Shown: positions 8,928-17,326 of the stretch, in pieces
Numbering within the stretch: position 1 is the stretch's first letter
Layout: every line of letters starts with the position of its first letter
Assembly: GCA_026390345.1 (NCBI GenBank)
Contig: JAPLGD010000068.1
Location: 24,078 to 88,077, forward strand
DNA length: 64,000 nt
Direction: 5' to 3'
Origin: Candidatus Bipolaricaulota bacterium
GTDB taxonomy: Bacteria; Bipolaricaulota; Bipolaricaulia; UBA7950; UBA9294
Program-made: the position numbers and the translations under genes
Notes under the pieces: model-generated
The model's database searches: none
What the model was told of the DNA's origin: nothing
The model's input: the letters and a program-made list of their open reading frames with translations, nothing else

Positions 8928-9677
8928 ATGACCCAGAAGGACCGCAAACCCGGCGCGCTCGTGACCGGCAGCTCACGCGGCATCGGCGCCGCCATCGCGC
9001 GGCGCCTCGCCGAGCTCGGATACGGAGTGTGCATCAACTACGTCGCGTCGGAGGCCGCAGCCCACGACCAGGTACGCACGATCGAAGCGAAAGGCGGCCG
9101 CGCGGTCGCTGTCCAGGGCGACGTCGCGTCGTTCTCCGACGTGGAGCAGATGGTCAGGAAGACGGCCGAAGCCTTCGGCGGAATCCGCATTGTCGTCAAC
9201 AACGCCGGTTTTTCCGAGCACGCCACCGTCGAGGGGACAACGATCGACGCGTGGAATCGCGCCGTCGCCGTGAACCTGTCCTCCGCGTTCTACGCGGTGA
9301 AGGCAGCACTACCGTACCTGCGAAGCGAGCCGTGGGGGCGAATTGTCAACATCTGTTCGCTCCGCGCGATGACCGGCTCCGACCACGGCGCCCACTACGC
9401 CACGGCGAAGGCCGGGCTGATCGGGCTGACCAAGTCGCTCGCTCTGGAGCTGGCGCCCGCCATCACCGTCAACGCGGTCTCGCCGGGCTACACGCGAACG
9501 GACATGACGAGGGATTCCCTCGCTCGCCACGGCGAGGCAATCCTGGCGCGCATTCCGGCGCACCGCGCGGCGGAGCCGGAGGAAATCGCCGCCCTCGTCG
9601 CGTTCCTCGCCTCGGAAGATGCGGCCTATATCACCGGGGAAACGGTCAACGCCAACGGCGGCATCTACATGAGATAG
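8928..9677 (+). CDS. SDR-family oxidoreductase (FabG-like 3-oxoacyl reductase fold)
   Basis: TGSSRGIG, NNAG and YxxxK (YATAK) motifs. Confidence 0.85.
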   Translation: MTQKDRKPGALVTGSSRGIGAAIARRLAELGYGVCINYVASEAAAHDQVRTIEAKGGRAVAVQGDVASFSDVEQMVRKTAEAFGGIRIVVNNAGFSEHATVEGTTIDAWNRAVAVNLSSAFYAVKAALPYLRSEPWGRIVNICSLRAMTGSDHGAHYATAKAGLIGLTKSLALELAPAITVNAVSPGYTRTDMTRDSLARHGEAILARIPAHRAAEPEEIAALVAFLASEDAAYITGETVNANGGIYMR

Positions 9678-9690
9678 GTGGTGAAGGCGC

Positions 9691-10932
9691 ATGAAACCCG
9701 CAGTGGAGATCCGCGAGTACCGACCGAGCGAGGACGCCGACGCCTGCCGCCGCACGTGGAACGAGAGCGGCTGGGTGGACGGCGCGAAGAACGAGGAAGC
9801 CTTCCGCCTGTTCGCCGAGAGCGCCCGGTCCGTCGTCGGCGTGGTGGACGGATCGGCCGAGTGCCTGGTCAACGTCCATTCGGGGTCGCTCCGCTACCTC
9901 GACCTCGACATCCCGCTCGCCTGCGTGACCGGAGTCACGACGAGCCGCATCGTGCGTCGGCAGGGTCTGGCCGGCCGCAGCACCGCGTGGGCGCTCGCCG
10001 CGGAGGCGATCGCGGGGACTCCCGTCGCGGCGCTCGGCGTCTTCGAACAGGGGTTCTACAACCGGCTCGGATTCGGCAACGGTCCCTACGAGACCTGGTG
10101 CACGTTCGACCCGGCGCAGCTCGTGGTGCACTCGACGCCCAGGATCCCGGCGCGCCTCACATCAGCAGATTGGGAGGCCGTCCATGCGAGCCGCCTCCGG
10201 CGCCGCCGCTGGCACGGCGCCGCCACCATCCTGTCCGGCGAGCTGACTCGCGCCGACATGCTGTGGGGCGAGAAGTCGTTCGGTCTCGGATACCGCGATG
10301 AGACCGGCGCCCTCACGCACCACATCTGGTGCTCGACTGAGAAACCACGCCGTGGTCCGTACTCCGTCGACTGGATGGCCTTCCGCACGCGCGAGGAATT
10401 CCACGAGCTCCTCGCCCTGATCCACAGCCTCGCCGACCAGATCCACTCGATCGAGATCCATGAACCTCCGGGCCTGCAACTGCAGGACCTGCTCCGGCAG
10501 CCGTTCAAGGGCCGCCGGATGACCGAGGCGTCGCCCCACGTCCAGCGCATGTCATCAAGCGCCTATTGGCAACTGCGAATCCTCGACCTCCATCGCACGC
10601 TCGCCGTGACGCACCTGCCTGCCGGACCGGTGCGCTTCAACCTCGAGCTCTCCGATCCGATCGAGAGTGCGCTTCCTGCGCGCTCGCCGTGGCGAGGCGT
10701 TGCAGGCTCGTACGTCGTCACGTTGGGTCCCGAGAGCGGCGCCGAGCGCGGCGCGAATCCAGCGCTCGCGACACTGCGAGCGTCTGTCAACGCGTTCTCA
10801 CGCACATGGCTCGGCGTTCGGTCACCGACCAGCCTCTCCTGGACGGACGACCTCGAAGCGCCGCCCGCTCTCCTTGGGAGCCTCGATCGAGCCCTCTGCC
10901 TGCCGGCGCCGGCGTGCGACTGGGATTACTGA
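9691..10932 (+). CDS. GNAT-family N-acetyltransferase with Eis-like three-domain architecture
   Basis: 413 aa with an N-terminal GNAT fold (RQGLAGRSTAWAL) and a C-terminal SCP2-like tail. ATG is preceded by GGTGGTGAAGG. Confidence 0.7.
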   Translation: MKPAVEIREYRPSEDADACRRTWNESGWVDGAKNEEAFRLFAESARSVVGVVDGSAECLVNVHSGSLRYLDLDIPLACVTGVTTSRIVRRQGLAGRSTAWALAAEAIAGTPVAALGVFEQGFYNRLGFGNGPYETWCTFDPAQLVVHSTPRIPARLTSADWEAVHASRLRRRRWHGAATILSGELTRADMLWGEKSFGLGYRDETGALTHHIWCSTEKPRRGPYSVDWMAFRTREEFHELLALIHSLADQIHSIEIHEPPGLQLQDLLRQPFKGRRMTEASPHVQRMSSSAYWQLRILDLHRTLAVTHLPAGPVRFNLELSDPIESALPARSPWRGVAGSYVVTLGPESGAERGANPALATLRASVNAFSRTWLGVRSPTSLSWTDDLEAPPALLGSLDRALCLPAPACDWDY

Positions 10933-10977
10933 CCGGGCACGACGGTGAACCGCTGGCTCTGACGCTGCGACTCACCT

Positions 10978-11118
10978 ATGATGATGGGCCGAGGTTTCCA
11001 TCTTGTGAATGAGAAGAGAGATTTCGCCGATGGAGGTCTCCATCTCGTGGACGAGAAGAGAAGGTTCGTCGATGGCGGGCTCCACCTCTTCGACGCAGAA
11101 GGGAGGGTTCACTCATGA
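10978..11118 (+). CDS. Candidate 46-aa tandem-repeat peptide MMMGRGFHLVNEKRDFADGGLHLVDEKRRFVDGGLHLFDAEGRVHS (not in the ORF track)
   Basis: The open frame begins after a TGA at 10960-62. Three consecutive ATGs, no stop for 46 codons, and a TGA that overlaps the ATG of the next gene (ATGA at 11115-11118). The frame encodes 14-aa repeats matching the 42-bp DNA repeats. There is no clear SD. Confidence 0.3.
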   Translation: MMMGRGFHLVNEKRDFADGGLHLVDEKRRFVDGGLHLFDAEGRVHS

Positions 11119-11121
11119 GGG
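10996..11121. repeat. Three tandem copies of an imperfect 42-bp repeat (units 10996-11037, 11038-11079, 11080-11121)
   Basis: Units A and B are about 33/42 identical. All share the core TCCAyCTCkTGrAyGAGAAGAGA..TTCG.CGATGG.GG. Confidence 0.7.
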
Positions 11122-11345
11122 TATTGCGAGGAGTTATCTCCGGAGGCGGCATTGCGGCGTTCTTCTTCTTCAGCTGGGTCATCGAGGCGCTCTGGAACAG
11201 CATCTTGGTCGACCAGCTCGGCCTCGTCGCGGTGAAGGTGAACTACTGGCAAGCGGCCGCGTTGTGGTTCCTGTCGATCATCTTCTTCGCCGGAGCCGGA
11301 ATCGTCGCGTCGCCGCGCGTACGAAGGTGGTGGAGGAGCGACTAG
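11115..11345 (+). CDS. Small two-TM membrane protein (76 aa) with a basic C-terminal tail
   Basis: ATG at 11115 is preceded by GGGAGG at 8 nt spacing. Two hydrophobic helices (GIAAFFFFSWVIEALW and AALWFLSIIFFAGAGIVA) precede a PRVRRWWRSD tail. Confidence 0.55.
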   Translation: MRVLRGVISGGGIAAFFFFSWVIEALWNSILVDQLGLVAVKVNYWQAAALWFLSIIFFAGAGIVASPRVRRWWRSD

Positions 11346-11478
11346 CGTCCCGCTCGGATCCAAACGGCAGCTCGAAGGGCACGGCCCGGCCGTCGACCCG
11401 GCCGCGTCATGCGCCAAGAGGAGCCTGACTCTGAACTCCAACTCCGCACACAGCGCCTGGGCCGAGCTTCGTCCCCTG

Positions 11479-12024
11479 ATGGACGAACGCTTCGTCATTC
11501 TCGACACCGAGACCACGGGCCTCCTTGCGCCGGAACTCGTCTCGGTCGCCGTCGTCGACTGCCGCGGGCGAACGGTGCTGTCCGAGACGGTTCGCCCGGC
11601 GAAGCCGATCGAACCGGAGGCGAGCCGCATTTCCGGAATCACGATGGAATCGGTTGCGGACCGACCGGAGTTCCCGGCCGTCGCCGCCGACGTCTCTCAA
11701 GCCCTTGACGGCCGGCTCGTGGTCATCTACAACGCCGCCTACGACACGCAGGTGCTCCGCAATACGTGTGCTCGTTACGGGATCGAGGTTCCCGCCTTTC
11801 GCCCCTGGTGTGCAATGGAGTGGTTTGCGCGCCTGTACGGCGAATGGGACGAAGGTCGCGGCGCCTACATTTGGCAGTCGCTGTCGAAGGCAGCTACGTA
11901 CTTCGGCGTCGTCCAAGAATCGGCGCACAGTGCCGTCGCGGACTGCCTCACGACGTGGAAGATCCTCGAGGAGGCCTTCCGGCGCTCCGGCCTGCGGGTT
12001 CCCGGCATGGAGCCGCTTCTCTAG
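11479..12024 (+). CDS. DEDDh 3'-5' exonuclease (DnaQ / DNA polymerase III epsilon-like)
   Basis: FVILDTETTGL, YNAAYD and H..AVADC motifs. Confidence 0.85.
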   Translation: MDERFVILDTETTGLLAPELVSVAVVDCRGRTVLSETVRPAKPIEPEASRISGITMESVADRPEFPAVAADVSQALDGRLVVIYNAAYDTQVLRNTCARYGIEVPAFRPWCAMEWFARLYGEWDEGRGAYIWQSLSKAATYFGVVQESAHSAVADCLTTWKILEEAFRRSGLRVPGMEPLL

Positions 12025-12099
12025 GCCTGCGGCTCGTCGCGGCGGCGGTGATCGGCGCCCGCACTGCTCGTATACTCGGATTCTCAAGGAGGAGCGACC

Positions 12100-12570
12100 A
12101 TGGAGAAGAGGCTCTACAGGAGTCGAGCCGACTCGATGCTCGGAGGGGTCTGCGGCGGGCTCGCCGCGTACTTCAGCGTGGACGTCACCCTCATCCGCCT
12201 CTTGTTCGTCCTCTTCGCCGTTGCCACGGGAGTCGGGATCCTCGCGTACTTCATCCTTTGGCTCGTCGTCCCCGTCGAAGGGCAGTCGTCCACGGACCTC
12301 GGAGAGCGGATCCACGAAGGGGCCGAGGAGATCGCCAACCGCGCCCGGACGATGAGCGAGGACCTGCGGTCGCCCGACGGGTCGCGCCACTCGGGGGCCA
12401 CCGTCGTGATTGCCCTCGTGCTGATTCTGATCGGCGTCGTCTTCCTGTTGCGCAACGTGGGCGTATCGTGGGCCCGATGGATCAGACTGGGAATCCTGTG
12501 GCCGATCCTTCCGATCGGCCTCGGCGTAGCCCTCTTGTGGCGGCGTCTGCAAGGAGGAGGATCGAAGTGA
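12100..12570 (+). CDS. PspC-domain membrane protein (phage-shock/envelope stress)
   Basis: [32 protein letters not shown] is a PspC domain, followed by TM helices. ATG is preceded by AAGGAGGAG. Confidence 0.85.
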   Translation: MEKRLYRSRADSMLGGVCGGLAAYFSVDVTLIRLLFVLFAVATGVGILAYFILWLVVPVEGQSSTDLGERIHEGAEEIANRARTMSEDLRSPDGSRHSGATVVIALVLILIGVVFLLRNVGVSWARWIRLGILWPILPIGLGVALLWRRLQGGGSK

Positions 12571-12758
12571 GCCCTCGACGCCTTAGCGAGTTTGTCCTTC
12601 CGCTTCTCGTCCTTGGAGCGGGGATTGTGCTTCTCTTGAACACGCTCGACGTCGTCTCGTGGGCCGTGTGGGAGGACATCGCCCGGTTCTGGCCCGTCCT
12701 CCTGATCGCCATCGGATTGGGCGCGCTCCTCCGCGGAGTGAGAGGAGGCTCGCCGTGA
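12567..12758 (+). CDS. Small two-TM membrane protein (63 aa, DUF5668/LiaF-TM-like)
   Basis: GTG at 12567 forms a GTGA overlap with the pspC stop and is preceded by AAGGAGGAGG. The sequence is hydrophobic. Confidence 0.5.
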   Translation: MSPRRLSEFVLPLLVLGAGIVLLLNTLDVVSWAVWEDIARFWPVLLIAIGLGALLRGVRGGSP

Positions 12759-13675
12759 CAGGTCGAGCGCTTCGAGGATCGCTCCTCATCCCTCTCGTTC
12801 TCATCGCGTTCGGGGTCGTCGTCCTCCTCGTCAACTTCGGGGTGCTCGACGCGCGAGAGACCTGGCACGTTGTCCTGCGAGGTTGGCCGATTGTGATCAT
12901 CCTGCTCGGGCTGGATCTCGTCCTGTCCAGGGCATCGGCGGGGCACGCGTTCGGCGTGCTCGTTCTCGTGTGTGTCATCGCGGCCGCCGCGTTCGCCGCC
13001 GTGAACTTCGCCGCTCCCGCACACTGGATCACGCAGACCGTTCAGGTCCACGAGCCGCTCCCGACGGCATCCGCCGTGGAGATCACGGCGGCGTGCCCCG
13101 AGTGCTCGATGACCCTGAGCGGAGGGGCTTCCCGCGACCGCCTTGTCGAGGGATCCGCGGAGGTCCGTTGGCTGGACCGCTTCGCGCGGACGTCGGAAGC
13201 GGACGGAACGACGTTCCGCCTCGAGCTTCAGGGCAAATCCCGCCTTCCGTTCACGGTTCGCTCCTTGCGCGACCGACCCGTCTGGAACCTTCGCGTCGCG
13301 GACGAGGTGGCGATGACGGTCTCGGTCTCCGGAGCCCGGTGCGACGTCGACCTCACGAAGTCAAACGTCGCCACGCTCTACGTCCGGGCCGACGGGGAGG
13401 CCTCGATCCGCTTGTCCAAGGTTCGAGCGAGCACCGTCTACGTCACCGCGGAATCCGTGCGCATCGAGGTTCCCGGGGACGTCGGGCTTGTCGTCGAGGG
13501 AACCGACGCCGTCGGTCAGCTTCTCGTCCCGGACGACTACACACGCGGCGCGACCTCCGTGGCCTCGCCGCAGGCAGACGCGGCGCGCGTTCGCACGCGC
13601 ATCGTCATCCTCCCGGGAGCCGAGCGCGTGGAGATCGTGCCGGCCGGCACGGACGCGACAACGCCGAAGACGTAG
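12755..13675 (+). CDS. LiaF-like / DUF4097 cell-envelope stress protein (N-terminal TM segment plus beta-rich C-terminal domain)
   Basis: GTG at 12755 forms a GTGA overlap with the preceding gene and is preceded by GAGAGGAGG. Two TM helices are followed by a repetitive beta-strand domain. The tracked ORF start at 12659 would overlap the upstream genes. Confidence 0.7.
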   Translation: MTGRALRGSLLIPLVLIAFGVVVLLVNFGVLDARETWHVVLRGWPIVIILLGLDLVLSRASAGHAFGVLVLVCVIAAAAFAAVNFAAPAHWITQTVQVHEPLPTASAVEITAACPECSMTLSGGASRDRLVEGSAEVRWLDRFARTSEADGTTFRLELQGKSRLPFTVRSLRDRPVWNLRVADEVAMTVSVSGARCDVDLTKSNVATLYVRADGEASIRLSKVRASTVYVTAESVRIEVPGDVGLVVEGTDAVGQLLVPDDYTRGATSVASPQADAARVRTRIVILPGAERVEIVPAGTDATTPKT

Positions 13676-13688
13676 CTGCGCCCTCACT

Positions 13689-14138
13689 CTACGGCTGAGG
13701 CTTCCAGAACTGCCAGAACTTCCGTGCGACGAGGTCGGCGCGGACTTCGCCCTTCGCCACGACGACGCGGAAGTCCATGATGTAGCTTCGTCCCGTCCGC
13801 ACATCGGCGATCCGGCAGACCGCGGAGGCCCGTCCGCTGATGTCCCCGCTTGTGAGGTTCAACTCTACGTTGCCGAGGCTCAGCCGCGCGGCGGTCAGTG
13901 CGAGGACCACGTCCGCTGAGCCCTCGTCCGAGACGATGCGGATGTCGCGTTCCCCTAGCTTGACGCGCAGCGCGGCCTCGAGGTCCAGAGCCCCGGTTGG
14001 AGCCGGCTCGTTCCCCACCCTGAGGGCGACGGTGCGCACGCCGGCGAGCGGATCCGGCGCCGGCCAGAGGAGTACAACCGCGACGATCGCCGCAACAGCG
14101 ACCACAGCACCTACAACCTGCCATCCCCGCTTCGTCAT
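13689..14138 (-). CDS. Hypothetical membrane-anchored protein (149 aa)
   Basis: The internal ATG at 14138 is preceded by AGGAGG. An N-terminal TM anchor (WQVVGAVVAVAAIVAVVLLW) is present. The upstream part of the tracked ORF is Arg/Gly-rich junk. Confidence 0.5.
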   Translation of the reverse strand: MTKRGWQVVGAVVAVAAIVAVVLLWPAPDPLAGVRTVALRVGNEPAPTGALDLEAALRVKLGERDIRIVSDEGSADVVLALTAARLSLGNVELNLTSGDISGRASAVCRIADVRTGRSYIMDFRVVVAKGEVRADLVARKFWQFWKPQP

Positions 14139-14300
14139 GCGCCCTCCTGCGTTTCCGTGAATCTCCTTCGATCGTACCGCGCGCGGCCGAGAGACGAAAG
14201 GCACCTGCACTCGGAGCTCGCTTGATCGCCCGCCGGTCTTCGCGTAAGGTCCCCAAACCAACGCTGGGGATGCAAGCAGGCGTCGTTCGAAAGGGGAGCC

Positions 14301-15032
14301 GTGGCCAACCGGCAGGATCGATCGAAGTCCCGCCGACGATGGCTCGCCATTCTCCTCGCCACGGGAGTCGCCGCGGTCGGAGCCCTCGTCTACCTCTTCG
14401 CCTTCAGTCCCCTCGCGCCGAACCCCCCGGCTGTCTACCAGGAGCCGACGAGCGCTCACGCGCTCTCACCGGAGACAGTGCCTATCGAAGAAGAGGCGCA
14501 CCGGGCCACGGTCGCAGATGCGCCGACGGCTCAAACACCCTCGACGTCGACCCCCGTTGCTGACACTCCTTCCGCGCCTTCGCCCGCAACCGTCGAGGAG
14601 CCTCCCGTCGGGTACGCACGTGGAAGCCGCGCGCCCGACTTCACGCTGCGCTCCTTGGACGGTGAGTCGATCACGCTGTCCAATTACCGAGGACACATCG
14701 TGATTCTCGACTTCTGGGCAAGCTGGTGCGGGCCGTGCCGCACCTCGATGCCCGCTCTGCATGCCCTGTGGGAAGGCTACCGCGACCGCGGCGTGGTCCT
14801 CATCGGGATCAGCCTCGACCGCATCGAGAGCGACGCACGAACGTACCTACGAGCAAACAACTTCGACGGGATGATCGCCCTGTGGGAGTCCGTCACGGCG
14901 TCGCAGGCCGTGGCCCGGGCCTACGGCGTCGCCGGGATCCCCAGGACGCTTGTGATCGACGCCGACGGGATCGTCCGATTTGCTGGGCACCCCGCCACGC
15001 TCTCCGTCGACCTCATTGACCTGTATCTGTAG
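14301..15032 (+). CDS. TlpA/ResA-like thiol-disulfide oxidoreductase (thioredoxin fold) with an N-terminal TM anchor and a Pro/Thr-rich linker
   Basis: WASWCGPC active site. GTG start after GGGGAG. Confidence 0.8.
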   Translation: MANRQDRSKSRRRWLAILLATGVAAVGALVYLFAFSPLAPNPPAVYQEPTSAHALSPETVPIEEEAHRATVADAPTAQTPSTSTPVADTPSAPSPATVEEPPVGYARGSRAPDFTLRSLDGESITLSNYRGHIVILDFWASWCGPCRTSMPALHALWEGYRDRGVVLIGISLDRIESDARTYLRANNFDGMIALWESVTASQAVARAYGVAGIPRTLVIDADGIVRFAGHPATLSVDLIDLYL

Positions 15033-15111
15033 CCATAGGCCGCCCCCGGGGTCGGGTATACTCCGCCCATCTTGGTTCCGTCGCCCATTCTCGGCGACGC
15101 AAGGGGGCACG

Positions 15112-16602
15112 TTGGACACGCTGACCACGTATCGAAGCATCGTGGGCGACATGGGCAAGCTCGCCTCCGCCCTGAGTCTCCTCGGATGGGACCAGCAGAC
15201 GCACATGCCGACCAAGGGCGTCGCGATCCGTTCTCAGGTCACGGGAAAGCTCAGCAAGATGCAGTTTGAGCTCCTCACCTCCGACGAGCTCGGGACATGC
15301 CTCGCGGAGCTCCGGACCGCCAACGGACTCAGCGAGCTCGAGCGGGCGAGCGTCCGCCGCGTCGGGAAGGACCACGATCGGAACCGCGCGATCCCCGCGG
15401 AGCTGATCGAGGAGCAGAGCATCGCGCAGACCCAAGCGCAGACCGCGTGGATCGCGGCCCGGCAGGCCTCCGACTTCGGAGCCTTCCGGCCGCACCTCGA
15501 GAAAATGGTGGGCTACGCGCGCAAGTTCGCCGAGTACTACGGCTACGAAGAACACCCCTACGACGCCCTGCTGGAGGACTATGAGCCTGGCATGACGTGC
15601 CGGAAGCTCAAGGCCATCATCGAGCCCCTACGCGCCGAACTCGTCCCGTTCCTCCGACAACTGATGGAGAAGGGAACGCGACCGGACGCGTCGCTCCTCG
15701 ACGGCACGTTCGACGCAGAAACGCAGCGCCGTCTCTGCCGACGCGCCCTCGAGGTCATTCGCTACGATTTCGAGGCTGGGGGTCTCGCCGACGTCGCTCA
15801 CCCGTTCACGACGACGATCGGTCCGGGCGACGTCCGCATCACGAACCGCTACCTCGAGGCGCACCTCCTGTCGAGCGTGTTTGGTGCCCTCCACGAGGGC
15901 GGGCACGCGCTCTACAACCAGGGAATGCCAGAGGAGTTGTACGCCCTCGGCATCGCTCGCGGGTCGTCGAACGGGATCCACGAATCCCAGTCGCGGATGA
16001 TCGAGAATCAGGTCGGACGGAGCCTGCCGTTCTGGACCTTCTTCCAGCCCGTTCTCGCCGAGTTCTTCCCCCAGTTCAAGAAGGCGAAAGCGAAGGACCT
16101 GTACGCCGCCGCGAACGTCGTTTCCCCGTCGCTCATCCGCGTTGAAGCGGACGAGGTTACGTATAACTTCCACATCATGGTGCGGTTCGAGATTGAGGCG
16201 GGACTCCTCGACGGCTCGATCGACGTCGCCGACCTGCCACGGCTGTGGAATGACGCGATGAAGCGCTACCTCGGCGTGGTTCCCCCGAACGACGCACAGG
16301 GAGTCCTCCAGGACGTGCACTGGTCGATGGGCTACTTCGGCTACTTCCCGTCGTACATGCTCGGGAACCTCTACGCGGCCCAGATGTTCCGCACCCTCCG
16401 CAAGGAACTCCCGACGCTCGACAAGTCGATCCAGGCCGGCAACTTCGAGCCGCTCCTCGGATGGCTACGCGAGAAGGTCCACCGGTACGGCGCAGCGTAC
16501 GAGCCCCAGGAACTCATGAAGCGGATCACCGGCCACGAACTCGACGGTTCGCACTTCGTCAGCTACGTGACCGAGAAGTACGGGGCGATCTACAGACTCT
16601 AG
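15112..16602 (+). CDS. Carboxypeptidase Taq-like (M32) metallopeptidase
   Basis: HEGGHALY and HESQS zinc motifs, plus DQQTHMP near the N-terminus. A TTG at 15112 is preceded by GGGGG. The upstream part of the tracked ORF overlaps the previous gene. Confidence 0.85.
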   Translation: MDTLTTYRSIVGDMGKLASALSLLGWDQQTHMPTKGVAIRSQVTGKLSKMQFELLTSDELGTCLAELRTANGLSELERASVRRVGKDHDRNRAIPAELIEEQSIAQTQAQTAWIAARQASDFGAFRPHLEKMVGYARKFAEYYGYEEHPYDALLEDYEPGMTCRKLKAIIEPLRAELVPFLRQLMEKGTRPDASLLDGTFDAETQRRLCRRALEVIRYDFEAGGLADVAHPFTTTIGPGDVRITNRYLEAHLLSSVFGALHEGGHALYNQGMPEELYALGIARGSSNGIHESQSRMIENQVGRSLPFWTFFQPVLAEFFPQFKKAKAKDLYAAANVVSPSLIRVEADEVTYNFHIMVRFEIEAGLLDGSIDVADLPRLWNDAMKRYLGVVPPNDAQGVLQDVHWSMGYFGYFPSYMLGNLYAAQMFRTLRKELPTLDKSIQAGNFEPLLGWLREKVHRYGAAYEPQELMKRITGHELDGSHFVSYVTEKYGAIYRL

Positions 16603-16613
16603 CGGAGGAACCC

Positions 16614-16640
16614 GGGCCGGGCCCGCTCGGTGCCCGACCC
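16614..16640. terminator. Candidate bidirectional hairpin between convergent genes (GGGCCGGGC-ccgctcggt-GCCCGaCCC)
   Basis: A 9-bp stem with one mismatch, located between the stops at 16602 (+) and 16655 (-). Confidence 0.3.
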
Positions 16641-16654
16641 GGCTCCCTCTGCCT

Positions 16655-17326
16655 CTACTCGTCGTCTTCGCGGGGTGTGCCCCGTCGATGCCCGCGGCGG
16701 TCGGGCCGCCCGCGCGGCGCTCTCTGCGCCTTGCGCGCCGAGATCGGCAACTCCTGCTTCCGCGTCGTCTTCGCCTTCTCTGTGCAGAGCGCCACGAGCG
16801 CGTCGTGAATCGTTTCAAGCTGGTACTCGCGCGTCCTCTGAGTCACGGGGATGAGGTCGACCGTCGCCGCGCCGAGCTGCCTCGCCAGCCGCTCCATCGT
16901 GGCAAGGCATGACACCGCTCCGTTCCCGGAGCCGCCCGCCGCGGCTACACAGATCGTCGGCTTCTCCGCGAGCGCGCTCGCCGCACTCTCCGACTTCGTC
17001 GCTTCGCAGCGACGCAGCCGATCGAAGAACGCCTTGAACGCCTCGCTCGGCTCGCCGAAGTACACCGGGGTGACCCACACGAACGCCTCCGCCTCACCGA
17101 ACATCGCGTGCAGCTCTTCGAAGTCGTCCTCCAATCGGCATTCGTGCTTCGTCTTGCACGGTCCCCAACCGTCGGCGCACACAGCGCACCGCTCGATCAT
17201 GTAGCTCGGCAGGTTGACCACGCGCGCCGGACACCGGCCGTCCACAACCCCCTGCCGTGCCGCTTCTCCGCACGCAGCGGTCAGGCCAGCCTCGTTCGGG
17301 CTAGACGTGATGACAAGAACCTTCAT
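16655..17326 (-). CDS. Iron-sulfur flavoprotein-like / NADPH-dependent FMN reductase family (flavodoxin fold with a compact Cys cluster)
   Basis: MKVLVITSSP ... CAVCADGWGPCKTKHEC (CX2CX6CX5C). An ATGA overlap with the molybdopterin subunit stop at 17323-17326. Confidence 0.7.
   Translation of the reverse strand: MKVLVITSSPNEAGLTAACGEAARQGVVDGRCPARVVNLPSYMIERCAVCADGWGPCKTKHECRLEDDFEELHAMFGEAEAFVWVTPVYFGEPSEAFKAFFDRLRRCEATKSESAASALAEKPTICVAAAGGSGNGAVSCLATMERLARQLGAATVDLIPVTQRTREYQLETIHDALVALCTEKAKTTRKQELPISARKAQRAPRGRPDRRGHRRGTPREDDE

Noticed and set aside
11009-11428. 139-aa ORF through the 42-bp repeats in another frame
   Set aside because: The frame gives low-complexity Ser/Arg-rich translation and overlaps the well-supported membrane mini-protein out of frame. 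The alternative 46-codon frame with ATGA coupling is more consistent.
12025-12099. Promoter upstream of pspC (TATACT at about 12071)
   Set aside because: The -10-like hexamer has no convincing -35 partner; TGATCG at 16 nt is a poor match. It is too weak to call.
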